From: Octopus vulgaris
Taxonomy: Eukaryota
Reading direction: 5' to 3'
Assembly (NCBI GenBank): GCA_951406725.2
Contig: OX597814.1
Span: 55,490,001 to 55,554,000 of the forward strand
DNA length: 64,000 nt
The notes under the pieces are model-generated. The model made no database searches and was not told where the DNA came from. It saw nothing but the letters and a program-made list of their open reading frames with translations. The translations under genes were made by a program, and so were the position numbers. How positions within the stretch are numbered: position 1 is the first letter of the stretch; each line of letters starts with the position of its first letter. Shown here piece by piece: positions 53,130 through 64,000 of this stretch.

Positions 53130-55209
53130 GATGTATATGCAGATATGTATGTACATATATATAAGTATATATGTGAGTGTCATTACACACAGACACACAC
53201 AACGCCATAATCAATGTTCAGATTCAAATAAATGCATGAAATGTGGCTTGTTTTTGTGGCAAAAACTGTTTTTGCCATACGGATTACAAATAGATCTGTA
53301 TAAAATTGTGTGCAATGCTCTGAGAGATAAAACCTTGAGTATTCAATATATTCAAATAGAAAATTTACTTTAGTGTCCTTTAAATGCCCCATTAAGAAAT
53401 CAATATTTGATTGATAATGTGTGTTAATATATGGAAGAAATAAAACTCAAGTTTATGTAATCTTGTTTTATAAATGAGAACAAAGTTGGTTACTTTATAT
53501 TTTTAGCTATATAATAAATGAGGATCACACACTTATCTGCGAGGACTAAAATGATTTCGTTGAAGATATATTTTACTTCATCAGTTGTATCGAGAATCTG
53601 CACCAAAGATCACTATTTATAAGTTGAAAGCAGTTTCACATAAAGTTTCCTAATTTGAAAATAGTCTAATGTCATGCAATTATAATTTTCAGTAACACTA
53701 TTTTAGATTGGTACATAGCTATATATCTGTACTGTTAGGATGAGTTAAAGAAATCATACCTAGTATATAACCAGTTCTTACCAGGCTTAAAGAGCAAAAA
53801 CTTTTTGGATCCAGTAAGTTTTGTATTCAGAATATAGAGAAACGAAACTCCATACTAAGGTATTTTAAACTAGCAGTATCATTTCTGTTTCCTCACTTAT
53901 CATCATCATCATTTCGTCATTATAATCAACGTCTATGTTCAATACCTGCCTGAGTAAGATAATTTGACATGATTTTGTAGGTCTGCACTATGTTTTGGTG
54001 TTACCTTTGGCATGATTTCTACAGTTCGATGCAATTCCTAGTGCCAACAACTTTACAGTATGTACAGGATGCTTTTTTGTGGTACCAGTACTAGTGAGGT
54101 TGCCATGTAGCTTGCAAGACTGTGATCTCCTTTGACTGAGAAGGAATACAGTAGAGAAGGAAGTGGCTTTATGTTAGGAGATAAAAAGTATAAGAAAAAA
54201 TATATATATATTCACATATACATATGCATGTAGATATTGTACAGTTATTTGTATACATATGTGCGTGTGTGTATGTGTGTGCATGCATTCCTAGATACAT
54301 ATGCATCATCATTTAATGTCTACTTTACCATGCTTGCACAAATCAGATGGAATTTGTTGAGGTAGATTTTCCACAGACAGATACCCTTCCTGTCACCAAC
54401 TCTTATTTGTTTCCAGGCAAGGTAATATTTCTCATGGCCAGGCATGTTTTTCAGTGGAAGACTGGAAATGGAGAACATCACTTGTATGATGGTGATGCTC
54501 ACTTACATCCATCACAGGATGTTTGGACAAGGGTACATACGCATACATATATATATAAAAGGGAACCCCTTCTATTATCCCTGTTCATCTACTATTTCCA
54601 CTGTTATAAATTGCTATCTTCACCCCTGATACCGTGCATCTCTCACACATCTCACCCTACAAAATTCACATCATCTGCACTGCTTCCTATTACCTCCCTG
54701 ATCCACTCATATTTCCTCTGCTTTCTCCTCCAATTGACATTCACAATTGACCATGTTTCCACTTGTGTTCACCACTCACTGTATTCTCTTCTGTCTCCAT
54801 CTCTATCATTTATCTGCTACTTTCCTTCCACACTCTTGTGAACCTACACGCTTATCCACCCACTATGTCCAATCTCCTGAACAACTTCTCTTATACTGAC
54901 TTTCGTATAACTTGAAGGTACATGCTGACACATTTCCACAATCATCCTTTCTCTTTACCAGCTAGGGTAACCATCTATCTCTCCTATAGCAAACCACAAG
55001 TTTCTGTTCCTTTATCATACTTTAAATGCTTATAACCTGGCATAAAGTCACCTCCCTCAATACTACATCCCCTCAGATGAAAAGTCTTTCCTCATAGGTG
55101 TTAGTGCCACATAAAAAGCCCCCAGCACTCTATGTAAAATGTTACATTAGAAAACATGTCAAGGCATATATATATAAATATATTTCCCTCAATGTAACCA
55201 TCTCACATT

Positions 55210-55257
55210 GTCTCTGATGAAGTGATATCCGTAATATCCCAGAAACAGCTGTAAGAC
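55210..55257 (+). ncRNA. Minimal type I hammerhead ribozyme, intact core
   Basis: GUCU-CUGAUGA-A-GUGAUAU-ccgua-AUAUCCC-A-GAAA-C-AGCU-G-UA-AGAC; stem I GUCU/AGAC, palindromic stem III CAGCUG. Confidence 0.85.
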
Positions 55258-55473
55258 TAACTTTCTCTTTGATGTCTCATTTTATTTAACATATACATAC
55301 TTGTACTAGACCCCCATCAGACTCCTCACTTGTATTATTATCATACCGAGAGTTTAACTATGGTCCTTCCCTAGCACTTACATAGCCTTACCTGCCACCT
55401 TGGGTCTTCTGGATACCAATACCTCTCATATATATATATATAATTATATGTATGTTCATATACACTTTTTTAA

Positions 55474-55664
55474 TTTGTGGGTTAACAAGGCAACTAATGG
55501 TTTCACGAGAGGAGATCTTCACAATTGTTTAAGCTTGCCACATAGAAGTGTTGGTACTTGTCTCCACTTTGGATGAAAATATTCTCATCGAAAAATAGTG
55601 ACAAATACCAAAATTGAGAAGATCTCTTCATATGAAACCATTGGTTGCCTTGATAACACACAAA
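55474..55664. repeat. ~190-bp imperfect hairpin
   Basis: Outer arms tttgtgggttaacaaggcaactaatggtttca / tgaaaccattggttgccttgataacacacaaa, inner arms ttggtacttgtc / gacaaataccaa. Confidence 0.8.
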
Positions 55665-55808
55665 TAAAGAATATTTATCCATCAATGCAGTGTTGAGTAT
55701 TTGTTCTCACTATTCAATATTAGCGTATATGTACACATATATGCATAAATCTATATACGTATGTTGAGTGTTTATTCCCACTCATACATACATACATACA
55801 TACATACA

Positions 55809-55867
<59 letters not shown>

Positions 55868-56248
55868 GTATTGCAATAAAAGCCACATAGAGTATATATG
55901 TATATTTTCAATGTATTTATAAAATTACAAAACCATAAATAATGTTGTATTCATACACATTGTGAACAGGTTCTTATAAGTGTCATAAAATTTGAATAAG
56001 TTTAGTGATTATATTAAAAAGAAATTTTTCTAATGTATATTATTTAGTAGACATTAGTTTTATATTCATTTGATAAAACATACATGTAGATAGTTATTGG
56101 GCCTGAATCTCATTAAAATAGAAAGCTATGATTATTAATATTTCATTGAATATAAATATAAACTATTTTATGTCTAAGCCAAGCTAAATGACAAAGCATT
56201 AGTTCATAGATATCACTGCACTTGCCTTTCAATAAAAACAATACTTAC

Positions 56249-56307
56249 AACAGACTGTTTGAATGCTAAATTCATTGCTGATTGATCTTTGATGATTGTA
56301 AATGTCC
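56249..56307 (-). CDS. Candidate upstream small exon of the minus-strand gene; acceptor (56307 or 56311) and frame unresolved
   Basis: Long pyrimidine tract, tandem acceptors aag|TCAG|, perfect donor gtaagt; two frames are open (TFTIIKDQSAMNLAFKQSV or DIYNHQRSISNEFSIQTVC). Confidence 0.5.
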
Positions 56308-56628
56308 CTGACTTGCAATATAATAATAAAAAGGAAAATAAAAAAACCAACTGATCATTGGTAGTTGACAGTAGAAAAGGTTATGAAACAACTGAGGCTT
56401 ATAAAAGAAAATATTTCTCCAAGTGTGAATTTCCAGAAAGGATGTTCTACTAGGATTTGTTTCAATATATATATACATAAACAGGCATTTAATAATAAAT
56501 ATGTTGTTCAGTATTTGCATATTATGTACAAATACATGTACATATGTGTATATGTATGTGTACATATGTATACACAGTAAGTACTAGAATCAATTGTGAA
56601 AGCATTTGTCTTACAAAAATGCAATATG

Positions 56629-57474
56629 TTGTGTGGAGTCAAGAGTTTTGCAATACTTTGATGACATATTTGCTCTATTCCTCAAATTACAACAAAGCAG
56701 CCTAGCATTCAAAGTAGAGGCCATTGTGTTGCACTGTCTGCAGCCACCTTTCTGCCAGCTCCTTCATCCTATGCTGATACCAGTTCTTGTCCTATGAGGC
56801 AAAGAACCCCTTCACTGAACCTTCTACTTCCTCTTGGTTGATGAATCTTCACAAGTGCTGGAAATAATCCATGTAATAATCTGAGAGTTATTTTCCCCCA
56901 ATCCTAATGTGCATGAGCAGTGGTTAAGCAAGGCCCAAATTCAGGTATCTGTCACCAAACATACAGTGATACTGTGCATCTAGTGGGATTATGAGGGGAT
57001 AATTGACTTTGAGTTCATTCTCATTGGTCAAATTATCAATGCCAACATATACTCCAAATAGCTGGAGTAGATGTATGCGACTGTGTGGCAAAAATACCCA
57101 GCATCAGTTAATAGAAAGCACACTCTTCTGCAGCAAGACAATGCAAGATATACTGCTAGAATAACGTGGCATAAACTCCAGGAACTTGAGGGAATTGAAT
57201 TAGTGCCACATCTAGCGTATAGTCTGGACCTAGTTCCCTCAGATTATTACTTTTTCCAATCCATGATTCACTTCCTGCACTGTACCAGGAAGAGGTGGAA
57301 GCTTCAGTAAAGGACAAGAATGGCATCAGCATGGGATCAAAGAACTGGAAGAAAGGTGGCTTCAGATGGTGCAACACAATGGCTTATACTTTGAATGCTA
57401 GGCTGCTTTTGTTGTAACTGATGAATAAAGCAACTAAGGTATCAAAATATTGCAAAACATTTGACTTAACACAG
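56629..57474 (+). mobile_element. Mariner derivative with two inverted 3' ends
   Basis: LQQDNAR...AYSLDLVPSDYYFF on the + strand; ~56629-56840 is the reverse complement of the 3' end at ~57285-57474. Confidence 0.85.
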
Positions 57475-57505
57475 TATTTTGATACAATATATACACACAT
57501 ATATA

Positions 57506-57537
<32 letters not shown>

Positions 57538-57780
57538 AGGAAAAATACGTTCAAAAAAGAATAATTCAAACTTTTTGAGAAGTCCAAAAAGAGAAAAAGA
57601 ATAATTTCTAATAAAGATTCATCATATTCATAAAAAACAGCCAGAGTGAGTAATAAGAATAGGAAAATAGTAGGTGAAAAATATCATTATAGGTATAAAT
57701 ATAGCATAAGCAATTATAGAAAAATAGAGTAGTAAAAGATGTTGAATCAAAATTAGATTTAATACAAAATAGGATTCAAT

Positions 57781-57878
57781 AGATACGTGTGTTTCAAAGG
57801 ACAATACAAATATGTGAGAAAAAAATTTTAACCATAGTAATTCTAATTAAATTTATGCATTGTCATTTTCATCAGTGT
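57781..57878 (-). ncRNA. Hammerhead-like motif in left arm of foldback
   Basis: ACA-CUGAUGA-AAAUGACAAUGCA...UGUAUUGUCCUUU-GAAA-C-ACAC-G-UA-UCU; core intact, stem I weak. Confidence 0.65.
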
Positions 57879-58397
57879 GAGGAATTTTTGTAAGGACATC
57901 GAAAAAGGTTTAATAAAATAAAGTAAATTAAAATAAAATAAAGTAAGGGAGAATAAAAATTGGGCAATAGGGAAAGAATTTGATATTTACAAGCAAGTTT
58001 TAAAAGGGGAAAAAATAACAGTAATAATAATAGTAAGAGGGACAAAATGGGTGGGGAGAGACAGACATATCAGTGTGTATGCATGTCTATATGTGCGGTA
58101 AACTATAACATAAAAATAAGAAAGAAAAAACCATACATATACATATTAATATTGAAAAACGAAAAAATATATGTATATTTTACACGAAGCTAAAAGGCGA
58201 TAGGCAAGAATATGTTTGAACAAAGTTACAATATTAAAGTAAAAATGTACATGCATGCAGAAAAAAATCAAAGAGAACTTAACAAGGAAAAAACATCGAT
58301 CGATGTTTTTTTCCTTGTTGAGTTCTCTTTGTTTTTTTCTACTAGTCCACCTGTTACTATATACACGTAGCCATGTCTCGACCTGTTACCATTTTTT

Positions 58398-58602
58398 TTA
58401 ACCCTTTAGCATTTAAACCAGCCATATCCGGCCAAAAGTATTCTACCTGTTTTATGTTCAAACTAGCTAGATCTGGTCTCTCACACCAACCCCACAATAT
58501 CGTTTTAAAAATTAACGGCTACCTCATCAAAATCTCATAGCTACAAGATAATGCATGATTAGTTTAATACAATGAGGATGTAAAAGCATTAATTTTGGCA
58601 GA
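58398..58602 (+). mobile_element. Truncated piggyBac-like MITE inside the foldback centre
   Basis: Begins TTAA-CCCTTTAGCATT; it interrupts the symmetry of the foldback; the other TIR is not seen. Confidence 0.5.
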
Positions 58603-58844
58603 TTACATTCTTATTTTTATGTTATAGTTTACCGCCCATATAAATGTGCATACACAATGATATGTTTGTTTTTTCCCCTTCGTCCCTCTATTATTATAAT
58701 TGTTATTTTTTCCCCTTTTAAAACTTACTTGTAAATATCCGTTTTTTCTCCCTATTGCCCCATTTGTATTCTCCTTTATTGTATCTTATTTTAATTTACA
58801 TTATTTTATTAAAACGTTTTTTGATGTCCTTACAAAAATTCCTC

Positions 58845-58942
58845 ACACTGATGAAAATGAAAATGCATAAATTTAATTATAATTACTATGGTTATAATTT
58901 TTTTCTCACATATTTGTATTGTCCTTAGAAACATGCATGTGT
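58845..58942 (+). ncRNA. Mirror hammerhead-like motif in right arm of foldback (decayed cleavage site)
   Basis: ACA-CUGAUGA...UGUAUUGUCCUUA-GAAA-C-AUGC-A-UG-UGU; inverted copy of 57781-57878. Confidence 0.55.
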
Positions 58943-59049
58943 ATTGAATCCTGTTTGTATTAAATCTAATTTTGATTCAACATCTTTTTCTCCTCCATTT
59001 TTTCTATAATTGTTTATGGTATATTTATACCTATAACGATATTTTTTCA

Positions 59050-59150
<101 letters not shown>

Positions 59151-59562
59151 GTGAGTTAGAGGTTGAGAAACCAACTAAAGGATAGTACCTATCCAGTATA
59201 CTGCTGGTAGTGTACCCAATTATTCATACCCAAGTGCTAGTTATTGCATGGCAATCTCGCAATTAAGTATTATATATGAGTAGGGATAAAAAGTGGTTTA
59301 TCTTTGATTTATATAGCAAATAAGAAAGTGGAGATGATATGAAATCGACAGACACCAGCTGGTAAACATTCCAGTATGTCTATTTATTCAAATGTATTGG
59401 ATGTATCCACACACTTGTATTAGTGGTACAGATTATCAAGTGGAAAAAGTTAGTAATTGCATAAACAAGGGTGTGGAAGCATATAAGCATATAAAAACAA
59501 GTGAGTAATTGAGTAAATGAATAGATTGCCACTAAAACCGAATGTGTATGCAGGTGCTAGTT

Positions 59563-59686
59563 CCTTATGGCCGTTTTTGCCAAGAGGCAATGAAATTTTC
59601 CAGGTTATCTCCATCTCTTCAGTGTTATGCAGGGATGAGCAGAAAAGGCTTGGATAATGAATGTGCCCCCTAGGCTTCTTCAGAGG
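59563..59686 (-). ncRNA. Decayed hammerhead motif, left arm of second foldback
   Basis: CCU-CUGAAGA-A-GCC...GGC-A-AAAA-C-GGCC-A-UA-AGG; GAAA has become AAAA. Confidence 0.6.
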
Positions 59687-59875
59687 GAAATCAATTAATA
59701 ATAGCTACAGTGTGTTAGTCTTTTTGAAATAAAGTAGAAAAAGAGTAAGAATAAGAACAAGCACTTGTATTCTCGTGTTTGTTCTTATTCTTTTTCTACT
59801 CTGTTTCAAAAAGACAAACACACTGTAGCTATTATTAACTGACTTTTATGTGTTAGCCCCACCAACCACTTAGAA

Positions 59876-59998
59876 CCTCTGAAGAAGCCTAGGAGCGTAT
59901 TCATTATCCAAGCCTTATCTGCTCATCCCTGCATAAAACTGAAGAGATGGAGATTACCTGGAAGATTTTGTTGCCTCTTGGCAAAAACGGCTGTAAGG
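59876..59998 (+). ncRNA. Decayed hammerhead motif, right arm of second foldback
   Basis: CCU-CUGAAGA-A-GCC...GGC-A-AAAA-C-GGCU-G-UA-AGG; the two arms together reconstruct the stem III palindrome CGGCCG. Confidence 0.6.
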
Positions 59999-60252
59999 AA
60001 GTAGTACCCGCATACCCATTCTGTTTCAGTGACAATCTGCTCATTTTCACATTTGCTCAATTACTTACTTGTTTTTATATGCTTATATGCTTCCACACCC
60101 TTGTTTATGCAATTACTAACTTTTTCCACTTGATAATCTGTACCATTAATACAAGTGTGTGGATTCATCCAATACATTTGAATAAATAGACATACTGGAA
60201 TGTTTACTAGCTGGTGTCTATCAATTTTATATCCTCTCCACTTTCATATTTA

Positions 60253-60318
<66 letters not shown>

Positions 60319-60542
60319 CATCATCATCATCATCGTTTAGCGTCCGCTTTCCATGCTAGCATGGGTTGGACGGTTCAACTGGGGTCTGGGAAGACAGAAG
60401 GCTGCACCAGGCCCAATCTGATCTGGCAATGTTTCTACAGCTGGATGCCCTTCCAAATGCCAACCACTCTATGAGTGTAGGGTGCTTTTTATGTGCCACC
60501 GGCACAGGTGCCAGACGAAAACACATGCATACAGATATTTAC

Positions 60543-60595
<53 letters not shown>

Positions 60596-60674
60596 CACCC
60601 TTATACTCATTAAAATTAATTTAAATCTGAAATTATACATTCAAATTATTTATTAATTATTATAATGTGAATAT

Positions 60675-61695
60675 CTAATATTTAGTAGACATGCTCTTTA
60701 CATTTTTCAATGCAAGGACCCTATCAGGTATTCTATTGATCAGATGACAGATATTCTTTTGAGGAATTTCTTTCCAAATTTCATGCAGTAATCTCAAAAG
60801 ATTTGGCTTTGAGTATACTTTGTTGTTCTTTATATGAAGTGTTCTGTTCATTATGACTGAGAGGTATCCAATAGGGTTCATATCTGGTGACTGGCTTGGC
60901 CATGGAAGATTTTTAATGCCATTCTCTTCCAACCAGCCTTGGGTCTTTTTAGCCATGTGACAAGGAGCCCCATCTTCCATAGATAAAGTGTCTTCTTTAA
61001 TCATTTCCCCACTGGAGAAGATTGGAAGGAGTCCTTTCTACAATATGAACACATATTTATCTGAGTCTATGTTTCCCTCACACTCTACCAGCTCTGATCG
61101 ACCATTTCTCCAAATTGCTTCCCAGACCATCACAGAATAGCTGCTGTATTTTATTGTTGGCTGCAATCTTTTCATGTCAAGCTCTTGATTACAGAGTTTC
61201 CAGACCCACACTCGACCACTGTCAGAAAATACAGCAAATTTGGACTCATCAGAGAATATGACAGTGTCCCAATGCTAGTGCCCTCTCCACCATCTTACTG
61301 GCCCAATCTTTTCTCTGCTTGATATTGGCTGGTCGAAGAAGTGGCATCCTTCTTGTTGTTCTGCTATAGTAGCCAAGTTAGTGGAGATACCAAACAGCTG
61401 TTCTGAGATTGACATCAACTTGTTCTGCTATGTCAGAGGCCTTGCAATGAAGATTGTCCTTCACACTTCACTTAACAAAGCGAAGGGTCCTGTCAGGGGA
61501 TCTTGGTTAACCTGAGCAAGGTAATGTGGACTCCTTGCCAACCCTAGTGAATTGCACAATCACACTATTAACTTTAGAAAGTGGGATCCCAGGGTGTTTT
61601 GGGATTTTACTCTAACTAGGTCCACCTTCAGATTGACTCACAATATGGCCTTTTTAGAATTTGAACAGTTCCAAGCCTTCTTTTTTGTGTGGCAT
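60675..61695 (-). mobile_element. Decayed near-full-length Tc1 (DD34E-type) transposase
   Basis: IFSDESKF, VMVWEAI, EDGAPCH...WPSQSPDMNPIG (34-residue spacing, E->G); multiple stops and frameshifts. Confidence 0.92.
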
Positions 61696-64000
61696 GATTA
61701 AACAGTCACATATAGAACCTGAAACATGAATATGTCAATTAATAAAAAATATAAACCATTTCAAGCTGAAATAAGCATAAAACGATGTTTTATGAGTTGT
61801 CTATTTACTTCTGTCGTGTGTGTGTCTATACATATATATAAATAAATATATTGGGAATCAGTGACATAGTGTGGGTTGTTAGCATCCAAAGCAAGACAAG
61901 TGTGCACAAAGGGAGGCTGCTCCGAGTTTTATTATTATATTCTTTTCTACTCTAAGTACAAGGCCCGAAATTTTTGGGGAAGGGACCAGTTAATTAGATT
62001 GACCTCAGTGTGCAACTGGTACATAATTTATTGACCCCGAAAGGATGAAAGACAAAGTTGACCTCAGCGGAATTTCAACTCAGAATGTAAATACAGATGA
62101 AATACCACGAAGCATTTTGCCTGGTGGGCTAATGTTTCTGCCAGCTCACTGCCTTATATTATTACTACTTTATATTTTTTTACTTTTGAAAGTTTGTCTC
62201 CCTAAGAATTTTGTATCCAGGGAAACTGCCCTTGAGGCCTATCCTTGCTATGATGATTCCCTCTGGTTTCTTCTTGGGGAGGAAAATTTTGGACTGATGC
62301 AGCATTAAGAAATATTATATAATGCTTAAGGATTGCATTGGTGGCATGGGAAGATTTTTTTATAGGATTGAAAAGTATGTTGGTTCATGTTTTCTTTGTA
62401 ATTTATTTAGTAGTTTTGGACAATTTGATTAGGTTTGAAGTTTGTATGTATGTAAATTAGCTGTACATAGATATGTATTACTCATTCTTTAATTACTATG
62501 AGATTTGAAATCAAGTTTTAAATTCTAATGCAAGCAGCTCTTATCACCAGGAAAGAAATATATATCAACTTTAATTTGAATTATTCCCTAAATTTCTTTT
62601 ACCCATTTTAACTACATCTACTATCTTAATGCTTTCAACATATTCAAATATAATACACACATGCACATTCCCTCCTTCAGCTTTCACCTATTGTCCATCT
62701 CTGGTTAGAGATATTTTAGCAAGTAACTATTATTTAACGGAACTAGCATAGAAAGGTACTTAAGTGTCAATTATTTTGGTAAATTTTATACCAAATTAGT
62801 CACCCAACCAAGTCCCAACACATTCTACTCACTCAAGAATGTGTATGCACACACACATAATTAAATAAAATAAATACTTCAAACTAATTTGAAGATTAAA
62901 GGGGAAAAAAAGCTAAAATAAACAAACTACCATGCCTTTTCCTTGTCCTTTAACACTATATAATATCTCCATGCTTTTAATGTTACATCAGTCTGAAGAA
63001 TCTTGCTTGGGTTGAACCAACAGACCACTGTGTGATATTAAAACCTTCCACTTCTGAAAATATAGTCTTACTCTTCAATTAACCCATATTAAGTTCTCTC
63101 TATCTGAGAAGAAGTAATACAAAGTACAACCGATCCACTATGTGCACACACCCACACCAATATATAGATATATATACGTAAGATGCAACTAAATTTGAGC
63201 TTGAACTTTTTTAAGGCTTTTTTTTTCATTTCCTTAATAATTCTTTATGTTTAACTTGGGAAACAACATTTCTAAATCCATTAGTCATTTAATGTGTAAT
63301 GAACTTCCTCAAAATAATGTGATGGTAATAATGGTTTTAAATTTTTGCACAAGGCCAGGTGAAATGGGTAAGCCAACTACATCAACTCTCAATGCTCAAC
63401 AGGTACTTATTTTATTGACCTCAAAAGGATGAAAGGCAAAGTCAGCCTCAGCAGAAATTGATGGCAATAATACTATGTTTGTGTGCTTTGCAGTATTTTG
63501 CAAGTGACCACTCAAATAATTTTATAACAAATACAATGATCAACAAAAAACCCCTAAAAAACGACTTGGTAAGTTTGCATGAATTTCATGATGAATTGTT
63601 GTGGCACAAACCTAATAACCCTTAACCACCTATAAGCTTACAAATGCACCTAGACACAGACTTACCAAATGACCAAACAACATCATCAAGAATTATTGAC
63701 TAAACAGCATATGATCAGCAGATAAATTCCTTGAAATTTCACAGGAAATTAACAAAATTGACAACATTTCCACCATGGGCATCAGAAATCACTAATGTGC
63801 CAGTTATGGAAACTATGAATATAATCTGGGATAAAAACCCAATAAAAACCATCTGTTATAAAAGAAATATCATGAAAATGTTTCTGTTTGTTCTGCTCAA
63901 CTGAGGTTTTCTTCCATTGTCCACAAGGTAATCTGTACATCTTAAAAGCATGGAGTGGCTATGAATACCCCACACAGATGTACATTTATAGTTTTCTGTA

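Larger units (their letters stand above)
59311..60260. repeat. Large foldback, ~450-bp inverted arms with ~10-nt loop at ~59765-59774, ending in (TA)n
   Basis: Continuous reverse complementarity, e.g. acaagggtgtggaagcatataagcatataaaaacaag / cttgtttttatatgcttatatgcttccacacccttgt. Confidence 0.93.

Noticed and set aside
53552-53590. Minus-strand CUGAUGA...GAAA
   Set aside because: Stems cannot be closed in hammerhead geometry.

Overview
AT-rich, microsatellite-laden animal DNA; the SINE/LINE repertoire points to an octopus/coleoid cephalopod (inference). The window holds the 3' part of a minus-strand Slo2/KCNT (Na+-activated K+ channel) gene: three confident conserved exons (37140-37272, 35114-35198, 33603-33837), a probable terminal exon ending in a PDZ-type motif (2774-2929) and several phase-compatible candidate micro-exons. 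The ORF track captures only the 33.6 kb exon and one candidate micro-exon in frame. The large introns contain decayed Tc1/mariner transposons, a Gypsy remnant, RTE, R4-like and CR1-like LINE fragments and many SINEs. The main hunt result is a set of about ten type I hammerhead-ribozyme (HHR) motifs with palindromic mini stem III, the architecture known from Penelope-like elements. Several have unusually long stem II, four keep all core motifs (two with well-paired stems), and two sit as mirror-image pairs inside 0.95-1.4 kb foldbacks. All structures were read by eye; nothing was folded or searched computationally, and repeat boundaries are approximate.
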